Notes: generated by a model from the sequence alone, not told the origin. Counted from the first letter of the stretch, positions 39,671 through 50,262 are shown. The stretch is DNA of 64,000 nucleotides from a virus (IMGVR_UViG_3300028920_000037:1-64000); one strand, 5' to 3'. Numbers and translations are program-made.

Positions 39671-41334
39671 ACAGCAAGTGAATAGACGAGGTTTGAACAT
39701 CCCCAGATCTTAACAACACCTGCCTGTTCGGCTACCTGGGCCTCTGTGAGGCCCAGAGATTTATTTGCTCGGTACTTGAACCGGTCATATCGGTTAGTAA
39801 AATCAGTCCACCAGAAGCGAGGTGATGTACTCGAGACGTACTTGAATCCTGCTTGTTCGTAGCTTCTGTTCGTGCCACTAAGACGAGTATCAACGTACGT
39901 AATGATGTTAGACATTGCATTTTCACGCGCATAGCCAATCGCAACGCGTACAAGCCTGCTGAGTCCACCTGGTACAGATACAAACGTTTTTGTTGCTGAC
40001 CTTGCTATCTCCAACATACCAGCGTATTTTTTGTGAACAGGTTGCCTAAGAGAGATTGCACAGACAATTTGATCGTTGTATTTTAGGCCCCATGCAATCC
40101 TACACGCGACGTCACCATCAAGGTGATTTTCATTGAAGAATTTCTTTCTTTCGGCGCGAGGAAGTCTGACGACTGTACACTTCCTCGCGCCGATCTTCGT
40201 AGGGGTCTTGCCAAGGCGGTGCATGATTGTGCTTTCAACGATGCGCCTGTTGTTCATCCAATCATCTTGGAATACATGAAGCAAACGAATGTTTTTATCG
40301 ACACAGCTTTGCGTCTTGTTTGCGTGATAGATCTTGCTTTTAAACAATATCGAATGCCAGTAAAGTCCGTTGTATTCGATTGCAAACCCGTGCGAGGGAA
40401 CAAAAATATCGAGCTCTAGCTTGCCTGCGAACGTCTTTCTATCGTTTGTTATGACGTTCTGGCCGCCCACGACGCTTCGAACAAACTGGTCGATCTGGCC
40501 CTGGGTCGCGCTTCCGGCAGGAGTACAGTTCCAACACCTTCCATATTGGAGCTGTCGGAGCGATGATGTAAAGTTGGTTCCACAGGTCTTGCACTTGACC
40601 TCGATCACGCGAGATGCGTCATTGACGTATTCATCTAGGCCACCGACGACTTCGAGCGTATCATGGACCTCGATCCTACCGACGATCTCATCGTGTTGGA
40701 GGCGCTTGATACCATCAAGGTACTCTCTAAGGGACTTCTCATTTAGCTTCAACGAGACCCTTGCGGCCATGTCTGCAACACGTTCGTCTGTGTCCTTTGT
40801 AAGCCCCCTGGTCCAAGGGGCGCATTCTCCAGTCGTGTACTTCTGTTTCAACGTGTCAGCTGCTTCTGCAACGCGTTCGTCTGTCTCTTTTGTCAGGCCT
40901 TTGGACCAACACGTTAGCCTGCCTTCATCAAAGGCTGCCTTTCTTCCGATTGATGTTGCCTTGGCTCGAGATGCAACACGTTCGTCTGTCTCCTTAGTCA
41001 GGCCCTTTGCCCAACCTGTCCTACCGGTCAGGCTCGCCGAACGTTTTTGGGCGATCTTTTTGGCTTCTTCTTCTGAATATACGTCGTAGATTCGAGCGTT
41101 GTGTCCCTTAAGCAATCGAGCATATCCATGCCTCCAGTTCAACCATGCAGTCTGCGATCCACAACCACAGGCACACATGTTCGTCCTTGTGTCATCGAGC
41201 CTCAACCATTCGTCCTGTGGTACGATGCCGTGAACGTCTATGAGATGTTTTTCGAAGAATGTAATTCTCTTGGTTGAGAATCCACAGATGTGGCACTTCA
41301 CCGGTTCAAGAGACCTTCCTTTAACAGCACCCAT
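39667..41334 (-). CDS. Free-standing endonuclease (Zn finger + CACGCG + WxKGLTKETDERV repeats + Hef-like PD-(D/E)xK domain)
   Basis: ELDIFVP..AIEYNGLYWHS; LLHVFQDDW; KIGARKC; FFNENHLDG; KIWGCS. Confidence 0.8.
   Translation of the reverse strand: MGAVKGRSLEPVKCHICGFSTKRITFFEKHLIDVHGIVPQDEWLRLDDTRTNMCACGCGSQTAWLNWRHGYARLLKGHNARIYDVYSEEEAKKIAQKRSASLTGRTGWAKGLTKETDERVASRAKATSIGRKAAFDEGRLTCWSKGLTKETDERVAEAADTLKQKYTTGECAPWTRGLTKDTDERVADMAARVSLKLNEKSLREYLDGIKRLQHDEIVGRIEVHDTLEVVGGLDEYVNDASRVIEVKCKTCGTNFTSSLRQLQYGRCWNCTPAGSATQGQIDQFVRSVVGGQNVITNDRKTFAGKLELDIFVPSHGFAIEYNGLYWHSILFKSKIYHANKTQSCVDKNIRLLHVFQDDWMNNRRIVESTIMHRLGKTPTKIGARKCTVVRLPRAERKKFFNENHLDGDVACRIAWGLKYNDQIVCAISLRQPVHKKYAGMLEIARSATKTFVSVPGGLSRLVRVAIGYARENAMSNIITYVDTRLSGTNRSYEQAGFKYVSSTSPRFWWTDFTNRYDRFKYRANKSLGLTEAQVAEQAGVVKIWGCSNLVYSLAV
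40781..41013 (-). repeat. Three ~35-nt coding repeats (WxKGLTKETDERV)
   Basis: Copies at about 40781-40815, 40874-40908 and 40979-41013. Confidence 0.8.
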
Positions 41335-41409
41335 CGATTCTTACCTTTCGATTTGAATTAACATCTACTACAATTTTGTGTAGTGTTTAGTACATTTTTT
41401 TGTGTACAC

Positions 41410-41415
41410 TATTTA
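41410..41415 (+). promoter_or_regulatory. Putative late promoter motif TATTTA
   Basis: Recurrent motif upstream of tail tube. Confidence 0.55.
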
Positions 41416-41458
41416 CTACTATCGCAGGTGACGTTGCTCTGCGGTTTGGAGAATAACA

Positions 41459-41950
41459 ATGCCAGCAGAGACACTTGATGTAACATCGATGCTCCCTAAC
41501 AAATTCGAGCCAAAGCGAAAAAACCGATGGGTTTTGATGGTCGAAGGTATTGACGCATACATCTGCAAGACCACTGCGCGCCCGACCTACGAGACCGAGG
41601 AGATCGAAGTCCCGTTTGTTAACTCGCGTAGGTACCTCGCAGGGCCAACCAAGTTTGCAACGATGACCGTGACGCTTCACGATCCAATCGCGCCTTCAGG
41701 CGCTCAGCAGGTCATGGAATGGATCAGGCTTCACTTTGAGTCGGTTTCAGGCCGTGCTGGCTATGCTGACTTCTACAAGAGGGACATCCAACTGAAGGTT
41801 CTGGATCCGATCGGTACTGTTGTGGAACTTTGGGATATCAAAGGCGCATTCATCACAAACGCGACATTCGGAGAACTGACGTACGAGGACGGAACTCTCA
41901 CGGAAATCTCACTTACGCTCAGGTACGATAACGCGGTTTTGCAATTTTAA
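41459..41950 (+). CDS. Tail tube protein (gp19-like)
   Basis: FEPKRKNRW, DPIAPSGAQQVMEW, YKRDI, W.IKGAF, LRYD. Confidence 0.9.
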   Translation: MPAETLDVTSMLPNKFEPKRKNRWVLMVEGIDAYICKTTARPTYETEEIEVPFVNSRRYLAGPTKFATMTVTLHDPIAPSGAQQVMEWIRLHFESVSGRAGYADFYKRDIQLKVLDPIGTVVELWDIKGAFITNATFGELTYEDGTLTEISLTLRYDNAVLQF

Positions 41951-42018
41951 TGAGAGTATAATTCTTATCAAAACCATACGTCAGTATATTTTCTGGTCCA
42001 TTGTGGTTATTTTACTGC

Positions 42019-42929
42019 ATGGACCAGAGTGATATCGACTGTCAGTACTGTGGGAAAGAGTTCAAATCATTGAACTCGTTGCGTATTCATACGAGTAAAC
42101 TTCACAAGAAGTCATCGGAGCAGGTCTATATCGACATGTTCTGCGATGGAAAACATCCAACATGCAAGTGTGGATGTGGTCAATCGACGAAGTTTTGGAC
42201 TTTACAACGTGGATTTGCTGATTTTGTTCGTGGCCATCAGTCTCGTGTCAAAAACAACTGGGGACACAACAAGGAAGCGCTCGAACGTTCGCAGCAGGCA
42301 CGCCGTGAGATGCATGATCGTGGTGAGATCAAAATCTGGAATCGTGGTAAAACAAAAGAAACAGATGATCGTATTGTGGCGTATGGAGAAAAGCTAAAGG
42401 AAACATTTAAGGTTGATGTTTGTGAACGACAAAAACGTTCACAACGAATGACAAAGAATCGCTTAACAAAGATCGTGCCAGATTTAAAGGGTAAAAATCA
42501 TCCTCAATGGAAAGGCGGTGTTTCCGCTCTTCAGCCTATCGTTCGTGCTCGTCTTCATTTGTCTTGGGTCTATCCGATCCTCAAGCGTGATCAGTTTACA
42601 TGTCAACGTTGTGGATCAACGAAGGAACTTTGCGTTCATCATTCTGGCGTAAGATTCCCTCGCCCGTGAAGTTCGCGACCCAATACGGTTTCCCTCTGGG
42701 CGGGTCCCTCCTTGAGATTGAGCCGATCGAGGGCGAGTCCACCCTGTTTCGGGTCGACATACGTGCGTTCAACTTTCTGCGCCTTCCTGCCGAGCAAGTT
42801 GAGAATCGCGCGAGAACCTATTGGTCAGGTGTCACTATTAGACATGATCCACTAAACATTGAAGTTCTTCTTGAAGGATCATTTGTGATTCGTTCGATTC
42901 AATATTTACAACATGGACCTCCTCATTGA
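42019..42929 (+). pseudogene. Disrupted HNH endonuclease (Zn finger + CKCGCG + HNH start; stop at 42669, remnant in another frame)
   Basis: HPQWKGG, ILKRDQFTCQRCG..LCVHH then stop; SGVT remnant at 42825 lacks CxxCH. Confidence 0.7.
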
Positions 42930-43131
42930 ATACATCAAGGAGATCGTATCGATCCTACAAGAGTATCAACGCAAAGAGGATGTCATGCAGATGCTTCAGG
43001 CTGACATCGCAAGCAGGATTAAAGCCGGCGAGATCTCTGACGATGAAGGCGTTCGAGAGTATGTTGCGACCGTGCAGATGGCTGCGAACGCACTAAAGGA
43101 TGTCCCACTCATGGCGTTCAAGGTTCGTTGA
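42913..43131 (+). CDS. Small late hypothetical protein
   Basis: TATTTA at 42903, leaderless; MDLLIEYIKEIV. Confidence 0.65.
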   Translation: MDLLIEYIKEIVSILQEYQRKEDVMQMLQADIASRIKAGEISDDEGVREYVATVQMAANALKDVPLMAFKVR

Positions 43132-43319
43132 AGGGTCATTGAGGCCCACAGGGCGCTCACGGTTTATTCTACGCTCGTCAGATGGATTGTTCCATTGGTC
43201 AGGGATTGGTTTATCTGGTGGGCTCGAGTTAGCATATTTGTTGTCTGACTTGTGATAGCATGCGTATTTACGCCTCGGGTCGGGTTGCTTACAATTGCGA
43301 AGGCTCAAGAGGAAATCAC

Positions 43320-44285
43320 ATGTCAGACGACCGAAAGTCAAAGAACGAAGTTTTTCAAGGCGGCAAGGGTGAAGTTCCGCCTGCGGTACAGCAGCACATC
43401 GAAGCAATCTCAAAGATGTCAGGCGACGGTGACACGCCTGCGGCGGCACCTGCTCCTCGACCTGTGATCAGGACACCTGACGGAGTTGGTGCCAACGAGA
43501 ACATCATGGACATGTTGCAGAGGGACTTTGGAATCAAGATCCCGACAGAATCTGTCCCGCTACCTTCGCGAGGCCTGCTCTACCCACCGCAGCATCCGTT
43601 TCACAGGCGAGAGGTCGTTGACATCAAGATGATGACAGCTGTCGAGGAAGACATCCTCACCAGCCAGTCGCTCCTCAAGAAGGGGACGGTCATCACCGAG
43701 CTGATCAAGTCGTGTCTCGTCGACAACGTGAACCCGAACGACCTCCTTTCCGGCGATCGCAACGCGCTTATGATCGCAATCAGGATCACAGGCTACGGCG
43801 CGAGGTACGACGGAGAGGTCACGTGTTCAGAGTGTGGTGCAAAGACCCCTCGGGACTTCAACCTCGCAGACCTCGACATCAAATCCCTGAAGATCGAACC
43901 AGCAGTTGAAGGTCAGAACGTCTTTGACTTCAAGCTTCCCAGGCTCAAGGCACCCGTACAGTTCAGGTTCCTCACCGGACGTGACGAGGAGGACATCCTC
44001 AAGACGTCAGAGCGTCAGAAGAAGCTAGGTATCTCTCAGGACAACCTTGTCACGACAAACCTCATCCACAGCATCGTTTCCGTGAACGGTGTCGATGATA
44101 GAGCAAAGCTTTCTCACTTCGTCAGGATGATGCCGGCGAGCGATTCAAACGACCTGCGTAGGTACATCAAGGAGAACGAGCCTGGTGTTGACATGAAGGT
44201 CGAATCGGAGTGCAAGGCCTGTGGCCACGTCGAGGAGGTAGCGATGCCGATCGGCGTGACGTTTCTTTGGCCTAACGCCGAGTGA
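43320..44285 (+). CDS. Tail assembly chaperone / baseplate hub assembly protein (T4 gp26-like)
   Basis: LPSRG..Y, MTAVEEDIL, L..GDR, two CxxC pairs, C-terminal FLWP; start 43320 (AGAGGA RBS). Confidence 0.8.
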   Translation: MSDDRKSKNEVFQGGKGEVPPAVQQHIEAISKMSGDGDTPAAAPAPRPVIRTPDGVGANENIMDMLQRDFGIKIPTESVPLPSRGLLYPPQHPFHRREVVDIKMMTAVEEDILTSQSLLKKGTVITELIKSCLVDNVNPNDLLSGDRNALMIAIRITGYGARYDGEVTCSECGAKTPRDFNLADLDIKSLKIEPAVEGQNVFDFKLPRLKAPVQFRFLTGRDEEDILKTSERQKKLGISQDNLVTTNLIHSIVSVNGVDDRAKLSHFVRMMPASDSNDLRRYIKENEPGVDMKVESECKACGHVEEVAMPIGVTFLWPNAE

Positions 44286-44538
44286 TAAGGAAGATGTCTA
44301 CTTAGAACCCGCCTTCATGCTGATGTACTACGGCGGGTTCCTCTGGTCAGAGTACCAGAGGTTGCCTGTCATCTACAAGAGATGGTTCGCTGAACGTCTC
44401 GTCAAGGAGATCAATAGATCCAGCGAGGAAGGTGATGCAACGCAGTCACGAGCTGCACACCACAATTCCCCCGAACAGCGCGCGCTGCAGAACAGAGTCC
44501 GCCAGCAGTCACCTGCGAGGCTGAGGCGCTTTACATGA
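44260..44538 (+). CDS. Frameshift extension of tail chaperone (GT-like segment)
   Basis: +1 frame opens at 44260 across TTTCTTT; FFGLTPSDKEDVYLEPAFMLMYYGGF..LPV..KRWF. Confidence 0.7.
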   Translation, partial: RFFGLTPSDKEDVYLEPAFMLMYYGGFLWSEYQRLPVIYKRWFAERLVKEINRSSEEGDATQSRAAHHNSPEQRALQNRVRQQSPARLRRFT

Positions 44539-44557
44539 GATAGTTACTTGAAGCGCC

Positions 44558-44815
44558 ATGAAAGAAATGAGCAACAAGGCTCGCATCCTAAATGCAGCAG
44601 CGGGCACATGGGTCTTCGGGGGTCAAGACATCGGGTTCACCGGGAACAAACGACAGGTTGAGGTTGCATTAAAGGCGACAATCGCCACACGTAGGTTCAA
44701 GGATGAGCTTGAAAGATCGGGGGCGACCACGCGTTCGATCATGGAAGCACTTCACAGGAAGCACGAGGCATCCCGAGAGTTTGAGAGAGAGTTTGGAGTG
44801 AAGTGGCTGCTGTGA
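44558..44815 (+). CDS. Hypothetical protein
   Basis: TAGTTA at 44541; 85 aa before tape measure. Confidence 0.6.
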   Translation: MKEMSNKARILNAAAGTWVFGGQDIGFTGNKRQVEVALKATIATRRFKDELERSGATTRSIMEALHRKHEASREFEREFGVKWLL

Positions 44816-44829
44816 GGTAAGTACAGAAC

Positions 44830-47800
44830 GTGGCAGTCGATCCCAAAGAACTGAGAGAGGTCGCAAAGGCCGCTGATGCCGCTGCTGATAACATCAGAAG
44901 CGCAACTGAAGCGTTGTCTGAGCAGGCGTCTGTCGTCGCATCGCTTACAGAGGCCTACAAGGCGTTCTCATCGGCAGAGGTGACGCAGCAGGTCGTTGAT
45001 CTGACGTCTGCGCTACGTGATCTGTCTCCGATCGCTGATGAGGTCGCAAAGAGGACAAAATCAACGTCATCCTCTCTGAGGACGATGTCAAAGAACGTCG
45101 AAGGCGTAGACGCGACCGTAACGACGCTTACGGGTAGGATGAAGGACCTTTCATCCGCATTGCTTGGGCTAAATAAGGACGCCCAAGACGGGATGTTCGA
45201 TCCCAAGAAGATCAAGGATCTGAACGACGACCAGTCGAAGATGCAGAAGACCCTTGTATCCATACATGACACCCTCAAGGACATGAAGGACAATGTCGAA
45301 GGGTTTGGTAAGGGTGTCATCGACTCTGCACGCAGTGTCAAGGACCTCGGGAATACGCAGGGCATGCTCAACGACATGTCTGACAGCATTCTCGGGACGA
45401 GCGACGCGCTCAAGGAAACGAAAACGTCGTCAGAACAAACTGGATCATCGCTGCGGGGTCTAGAGACGAGCCTGCTCGCTGCAGCAGCAACGGGAAATAC
45501 GTTTACAGGCGCGTTGCTCGGGATAGCAACAGAGTCCAAGCTCGGTCAAAGGGCCTTGAAGTGGCTTGGTAATACGGCGTCAAAGCCGCTTACGGCGGGC
45601 ATAGGTGCGGCGATTGGCGCTGTCACAGGTCTGACTTCGGGCCTGATGGGAATCGCACGAGCGACAAAGACGGTCGGCGGATTCTTTGCAAACATGATCG
45701 GCTGGGCGTTCAAGCTCGGCGCAGCAATCATAGCAATCCCAGTCAGGTTCCTTGGTGGACTCGTTGAGATGGCGGCGTCGATGAACATGGGCGCCGCCGA
45801 ATACCTGCGACAGATCGAAGAAGTCAGAGACAAGTTCGGTAACTTCCGCGTGGGTCAGTCGCAGGCGATCAAGGAGATGCAGAAGTCGTTCGCCAAGACT
45901 ACTGAAACTGGCTTGAACGCGTATCGCATCTATGGCTACCTTCACGAGCGCCTGAAGATGATCACCGAGCTCGTTGAAGGTCTTGGCGCCACGTGGGGTG
46001 TCTTCCAGGATGAGTTTGCCCGAGACGGGTTCCTACAGGCAAAGAGGATCGATGAGTTTAGGATGGGCCTCGGTCTTTCTCATGAGCAGTTGAAGTCGAC
46101 GCTCATGATGTCAAAGGCAATGGGTAAGTCTGCTGGCGGCACGCTTACTGACCTGACGAAGCACGTCAAGGGATATGCAAAGACGCTGAACATCAGCCAC
46201 AAGACTTTGACTCGCGACATCGCTGATGCATTGAAGGACGCGGGCAGGTTCGGTGGAATAGCGATCCAGGCGATCGCAAGGGCGTCTGCGTACGCACGGG
46301 CGTTGGGCCACGAGCTCAAAGAGATTGCAGGCGTCCTTGACGCGTTCGAAACGTTTGACACAGCGGCAGAAGGCGCTGCAAAGCTCGCGCAATCGTTCGG
46401 TGCGACGGTAGACGCGTTCAAGCTCGTATCAGCTCAGTCACCTGATGAGATGATCCAGCACCTCCGTGATTCGTTCTTTGCGGCTGGCAAGTCCGCAGAA
46501 AACCTCACGCGACAGGAATTGAAGCTACTGTCTCAGCAGACAGGATTAAACGAAGAGGTCGCCAGGTCGGTTTTCTCGATGCAGAACCAGGGTCGTTCCG
46601 TCGACGAGCTGAAGAAGAAGCAGGAAGAGCAGGAGAACGCGCAGGTCACTCAAGCCAAGGCGCTGCGCTCTCTCGCTGATGACATCAAGCGTCTCGTGAA
46701 GGAGATGCAGCCCCTAAAGAAGTCATTCGTCAGCATGTTCATCGACGGTATGAAGAAGGGCGTGATGCGTTCGAAGGAGTTCCTCGGTCTGATGTTCAAG
46801 ATCAGGAGGGGACTGATTCTTACGTGGCGCGAGGGTTTCAAGCTCGGTCGAGTGATCATCGGGCAGGTGCCCGCATTGAAGAAACTCTTTGAAGGCCTGC
46901 ACGCGTTCTTTGACCCGTCGAAGTACAAGAACCTTGCAGCAAAGATGAGGCACATCCTCCTTGATTTCTTCAAGGGCAACGGCGGTGTGTCCGACATGCT
47001 TCACAAGGCACAGGAGGCGTTTACCCATTTCTTCAACATCCAGAACCCTGCAGCAAAGAAGATGATCGAGGGCGCCAAGATGATCATGAAGCGAGTTGCC
47101 GCCGCGATCGCTGAGGGTATCACATGGGTGTCTCAACAGCTCGTCGTCGGTTTAAAGTACATCGCTGGACTCATCTCAGGGAAGAATTCGGGTGACCTTG
47201 CGCTTGCAGGAACGTTCGGTGGTCAGGCGCTTGGGTTCCTGTACGACATCCTCAAGCCGGTGATAGACGCTGTCGTTGATGCTGCTCCGCTCCTATTGAA
47301 TGCGCTAGTCGATCTCATTGTTGTCGCCGGCCAGCGCCTGTGGACAGAGGTCAAGAAGGACCCCGTAAGAGGGATCCTCATAACGACAGCAAAGTACCTT
47401 GCGACTGGACTTGCGATTGCGATCGGCACAAAGATGCTGATGGGAATGGTTGCTGGCGCAATGACGTCTCTTGTCGTCGGTGGCATCAACAAGATGATCA
47501 CAGGCCCAGGGAGTAAGGCAATCTCGTCAGCGGGTTCGAGCCTAGCGTCTAAGTCAGCAAAGGCAGCAAGCGCAATGCCGAAGGGTGGCGCGGCGCTTGG
47601 ACACCAGACGGGTGGAATCATCGGAGGATGGGTCACAGCTGCAAAGCGTGCAAGGAAGGTGACGATACCAGGTCTTGTCAAGCTGTTCCTTGTTATCGCG
47701 ACTATCGGTGCTGGCCTCGGTGCTGGTGTCTACCTCCTCGCAAAGGGTTTGAAGGTCGCGTTGGCTGAACTGAAGCCCGCTCTTCAGACACCTGGTGATG

Positions 47801-50250
47801 TCGTTGCAATGATTTCTCTTGTCACGACGATGCTCGTCGGTTCTACGCTCGCTGCAAACGCAGCAAAGGCCGTCAAGCCGACATACATGTTGAAGATGAG
47901 CCTCGTTTTGGTCGCCGTCGGCGCAGCACTCGCTGTCGGCGGTGTCATGCTTGCCAAGGGCGTCAAGCAGATGGTCAAGGAACTCGGCGGCGTTTCGATC
48001 GTTGAGATGGGTAAGGTCATGATCGGCCTCGCGGGATTCATGGCGTTGACTGTCGGCGTTGCTGCGGGTGCTGCACTGGTTGGTAAGATCGGAGATCCGA
48101 CGAGCATCGCGATCGGTGGCCTTGTCATCGGTGTATTGGGAGTCTTCATGGTCGGCCTTCTTGTGCTGATCGGTGGCGTCGTTGCAACAATGAAGAAGTG
48201 GGGCGTGTCTGCTCAGGCGATGCTCGCTGCAACGAAGGCGATGCAGGCACTTGCAATGACGATGCTCATAATGATACCTGTCGTGCTCGCTGCAACTGCG
48301 CTCGGTGCCGCGATCGTCGCGACAAGCGGCGTCCTGGCCGTCGCAATGGCTGCAGGGTTGCAGGTTATCGCTGCCGGTGTGGCATCGCTCGCTGCGATGG
48401 CAATGTCTATCACCAAGGACCTGAACAACATGAAGGAGGCACCTGGCCTCGAGCGCAAAGCGCAGGTGTTCACGTCGGTGATGGGCGCGATCAACAACAT
48501 GGTCAGCATCCTTGCAAAGATCATGAAGGAGATGTCACCAGGCCTGACCGACCTCGTCAATGTTTTGAGGGGCGGTGACATCGACTCGCGCATCAAGAGC
48601 ACGACCAAGTTTATTGAGATCCTTTTACCAGAGATTCGCAGCATCGTCAAGCAGGTCATGACGGTGATCAAGGACCTTTCGAGCGGTCCCGATACGATGC
48701 TGAAGGGTGCGGAAATCTTTGCAAACATCCTTCAGGCTCTCGGTACCTTTACTCAGGCACTGGTTCCTCCAAAGGAACTTATGGAGAAAAAGACCGTCAA
48801 GTACGGGATCCTTGCCAATGAGATATCAACTGTAACGTCCTCTGCGTCTAACTTCACGGAAAAGATTTCTGGGTCTGTGAAGGAATTCATGGGTCAGATC
48901 ATTGGATTCATCAAAGAGATCACGACGTTGCCGATCTCCGATGAGATGCTCCAGCAAGGAATTCCGGCGATCACAAACATCTTGAGGGCTACGGCCGGCC
49001 TGATGTCAGCGTTGGTCCCTGACGCGAATACACTTCAGCAGTTTAGAGAGACAAGAGAGGCGTCGTCTAAAATCGGTATCATGGTTGATGAACACAAGAA
49101 CATCACTAAGACGCTGAACGTCGGTGCGCTCAAGAACATGCTCGACAGTACAAAGGAGAACTTTAAGGAACTGATCAAGTTCCTTACGAACGCAAGCTTC
49201 ACAAAGTTCCTGAACGACGCTGCGAAAGTTGCAGACAACGAGACAAAGATCAAGTCACTGTCCGCGGTCGGAAACATCATGGGTGCCATCGCGTCTGTAA
49301 TTCAGTCGCTTGCGAAGGCTGGCAGGCAGCAGAGCGTCGGAAACATTGACGCGTCTGGTGAGGGAGCGAACGTAATCATCAGGTTCCCAAAGACTGAAGG
49401 TATCAATACAACATTGAAGGAACTTTCAAAGGATCAAGGTGGCATCGCAAAGATGTTCAACCTCATCAAGAAGCTGTCAAAGGGGCTCAGCGTTGACGAA
49501 AAGCTTCAAAGCGATCTTGAAGTTCTCGGAAAGATCTTTGCGTCGATAGGAGACATCTCGAAGTTTATGAGTACGGTCTCTGCGCTGTCAAAGGGCAAAA
49601 AGGTTGCAGGGGTTACAGAGGACGCACTTAAGAAGGTTGTTGCTCCGGTGAAGCTGCTGGGAAGCTTCATCGACCAGCTTGCCGGTTCAGGTAGCGCATC
49701 GATCTCAAAGATCATCGACAAGGTTAAGACCGTTTCAGTCGGCGGCGAAGGCAGCACCGCGGCAATCGAAAACATGGCAAAGATGACAGGTGTCATCAAA
49801 CAGGCGGACGAGATGCTAGGACAGGTCCAGAGGATCGCCGGAAGGTCATTCAAGAAGGACATCGTTGAAAAGGGGCTTGTACCTGCGCTTGAAGCTGTTG
49901 GTAAGATGGTCGAATCTGTCAATGAAATGAACAAGGCATTGAGCAGTGTTCAGGCCGGTAAGGCGAAGGTCGAGGTTGGCCTACGCAAGGTTGCAGGCGA
50001 GATGGGTGTCGGCGGAAAGGCAAACTATTCGATTCGTAACAACCCGATCAACATACACCTTGCGATCCAGGTTGAGATGCAGGCCGCTGAGCTCGAAAGG
50101 GTCATCGTGTTCAGGAAGGACAGCGTGATCAGGGACCAATTGAAGTGGGTACGTGGTTCGGAACTTCGTGAGGACAAGGGACCTTGGACACGCGATCAGG
50201 CAGACCTCGATGGACCTGGAAAGAACTACATCAGGCACACCGCGAATTGA
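44830..50250 (+). CDS. Tape measure protein
   Basis: 1806 aa, Ala/Gly/Leu-rich helical with hydrophobic segments; follows tube and chaperone. Confidence 0.88.
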   Translation: MAVDPKELREVAKAADAAADNIRSATEALSEQASVVASLTEAYKAFSSAEVTQQVVDLTSALRDLSPIADEVAKRTKSTSSSLRTMSKNVEGVDATVTTLTGRMKDLSSALLGLNKDAQDGMFDPKKIKDLNDDQSKMQKTLVSIHDTLKDMKDNVEGFGKGVIDSARSVKDLGNTQGMLNDMSDSILGTSDALKETKTSSEQTGSSLRGLETSLLAAAATGNTFTGALLGIATESKLGQRALKWLGNTASKPLTAGIGAAIGAVTGLTSGLMGIARATKTVGGFFANMIGWAFKLGAAIIAIPVRFLGGLVEMAASMNMGAAEYLRQIEEVRDKFGNFRVGQSQAIKEMQKSFAKTTETGLNAYRIYGYLHERLKMITELVEGLGATWGVFQDEFARDGFLQAKRIDEFRMGLGLSHEQLKSTLMMSKAMGKSAGGTLTDLTKHVKGYAKTLNISHKTLTRDIADALKDAGRFGGIAIQAIARASAYARALGHELKEIAGVLDAFETFDTAAEGAAKLAQSFGATVDAFKLVSAQSPDEMIQHLRDSFFAAGKSAENLTRQELKLLSQQTGLNEEVARSVFSMQNQGRSVDELKKKQEEQENAQVTQAKALRSLADDIKRLVKEMQPLKKSFVSMFIDGMKKGVMRSKEFLGLMFKIRRGLILTWREGFKLGRVIIGQVPALKKLFEGLHAFFDPSKYKNLAAKMRHILLDFFKGNGGVSDMLHKAQEAFTHFFNIQNPAAKKMIEGAKMIMKRVAAAIAEGITWVSQQLVVGLKYIAGLISGKNSGDLALAGTFGGQALGFLYDILKPVIDAVVDAAPLLLNALVDLIVVAGQRLWTEVKKDPVRGILITTAKYLATGLAIAIGTKMLMGMVAGAMTSLVVGGINKMITGPGSKAISSAGSSLASKSAKAASAMPKGGAALGHQTGGIIGGWVTAAKRARKVTIPGLVKLFLVIATIGAGLGAGVYLLAKGLKVALAELKPALQTPGDVVAMISLVTTMLVGSTLAANAAKAVKPTYMLKMSLVLVAVGAALAVGGVMLAKGVKQMVKELGGVSIVEMGKVMIGLAGFMALTVGVAAGAALVGKIGDPTSIAIGGLVIGVLGVFMVGLLVLIGGVVATMKKWGVSAQAMLAATKAMQALAMTMLIMIPVVLAATALGAAIVATSGVLAVAMAAGLQVIAAGVASLAAMAMSITKDLNNMKEAPGLERKAQVFTSVMGAINNMVSILAKIMKEMSPGLTDLVNVLRGGDIDSRIKSTTKFIEILLPEIRSIVKQVMTVIKDLSSGPDTMLKGAEIFANILQALGTFTQALVPPKELMEKKTVKYGILANEISTVTSSASNFTEKISGSVKEFMGQIIGFIKEITTLPISDEMLQQGIPAITNILRATAGLMSALVPDANTLQQFRETREASSKIGIMVDEHKNITKTLNVGALKNMLDSTKENFKELIKFLTNASFTKFLNDAAKVADNETKIKSLSAVGNIMGAIASVIQSLAKAGRQQSVGNIDASGEGANVIIRFPKTEGINTTLKELSKDQGGIAKMFNLIKKLSKGLSVDEKLQSDLEVLGKIFASIGDISKFMSTVSALSKGKKVAGVTEDALKKVVAPVKLLGSFIDQLAGSGSASISKIIDKVKTVSVGGEGSTAAIENMAKMTGVIKQADEMLGQVQRIAGRSFKKDIVEKGLVPALEAVGKMVESVNEMNKALSSVQAGKAKVEVGLRKVAGEMGVGGKANYSIRNNPINIHLAIQVEMQAAELERVIVFRKDSVIRDQLKWVRGSELREDKGPWTRDQADLDGPGKNYIRHTAN

Positions 50251-50262
50251 TATGATTAGGGC

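Noticed and set aside
44232-44239. GAGGAGGT as an SD stimulator of the chaperone frameshift
   Set aside because: About 22 nt upstream of the slippery site, too far for known SD stimulation; explained by Glu-Glu-Val codons
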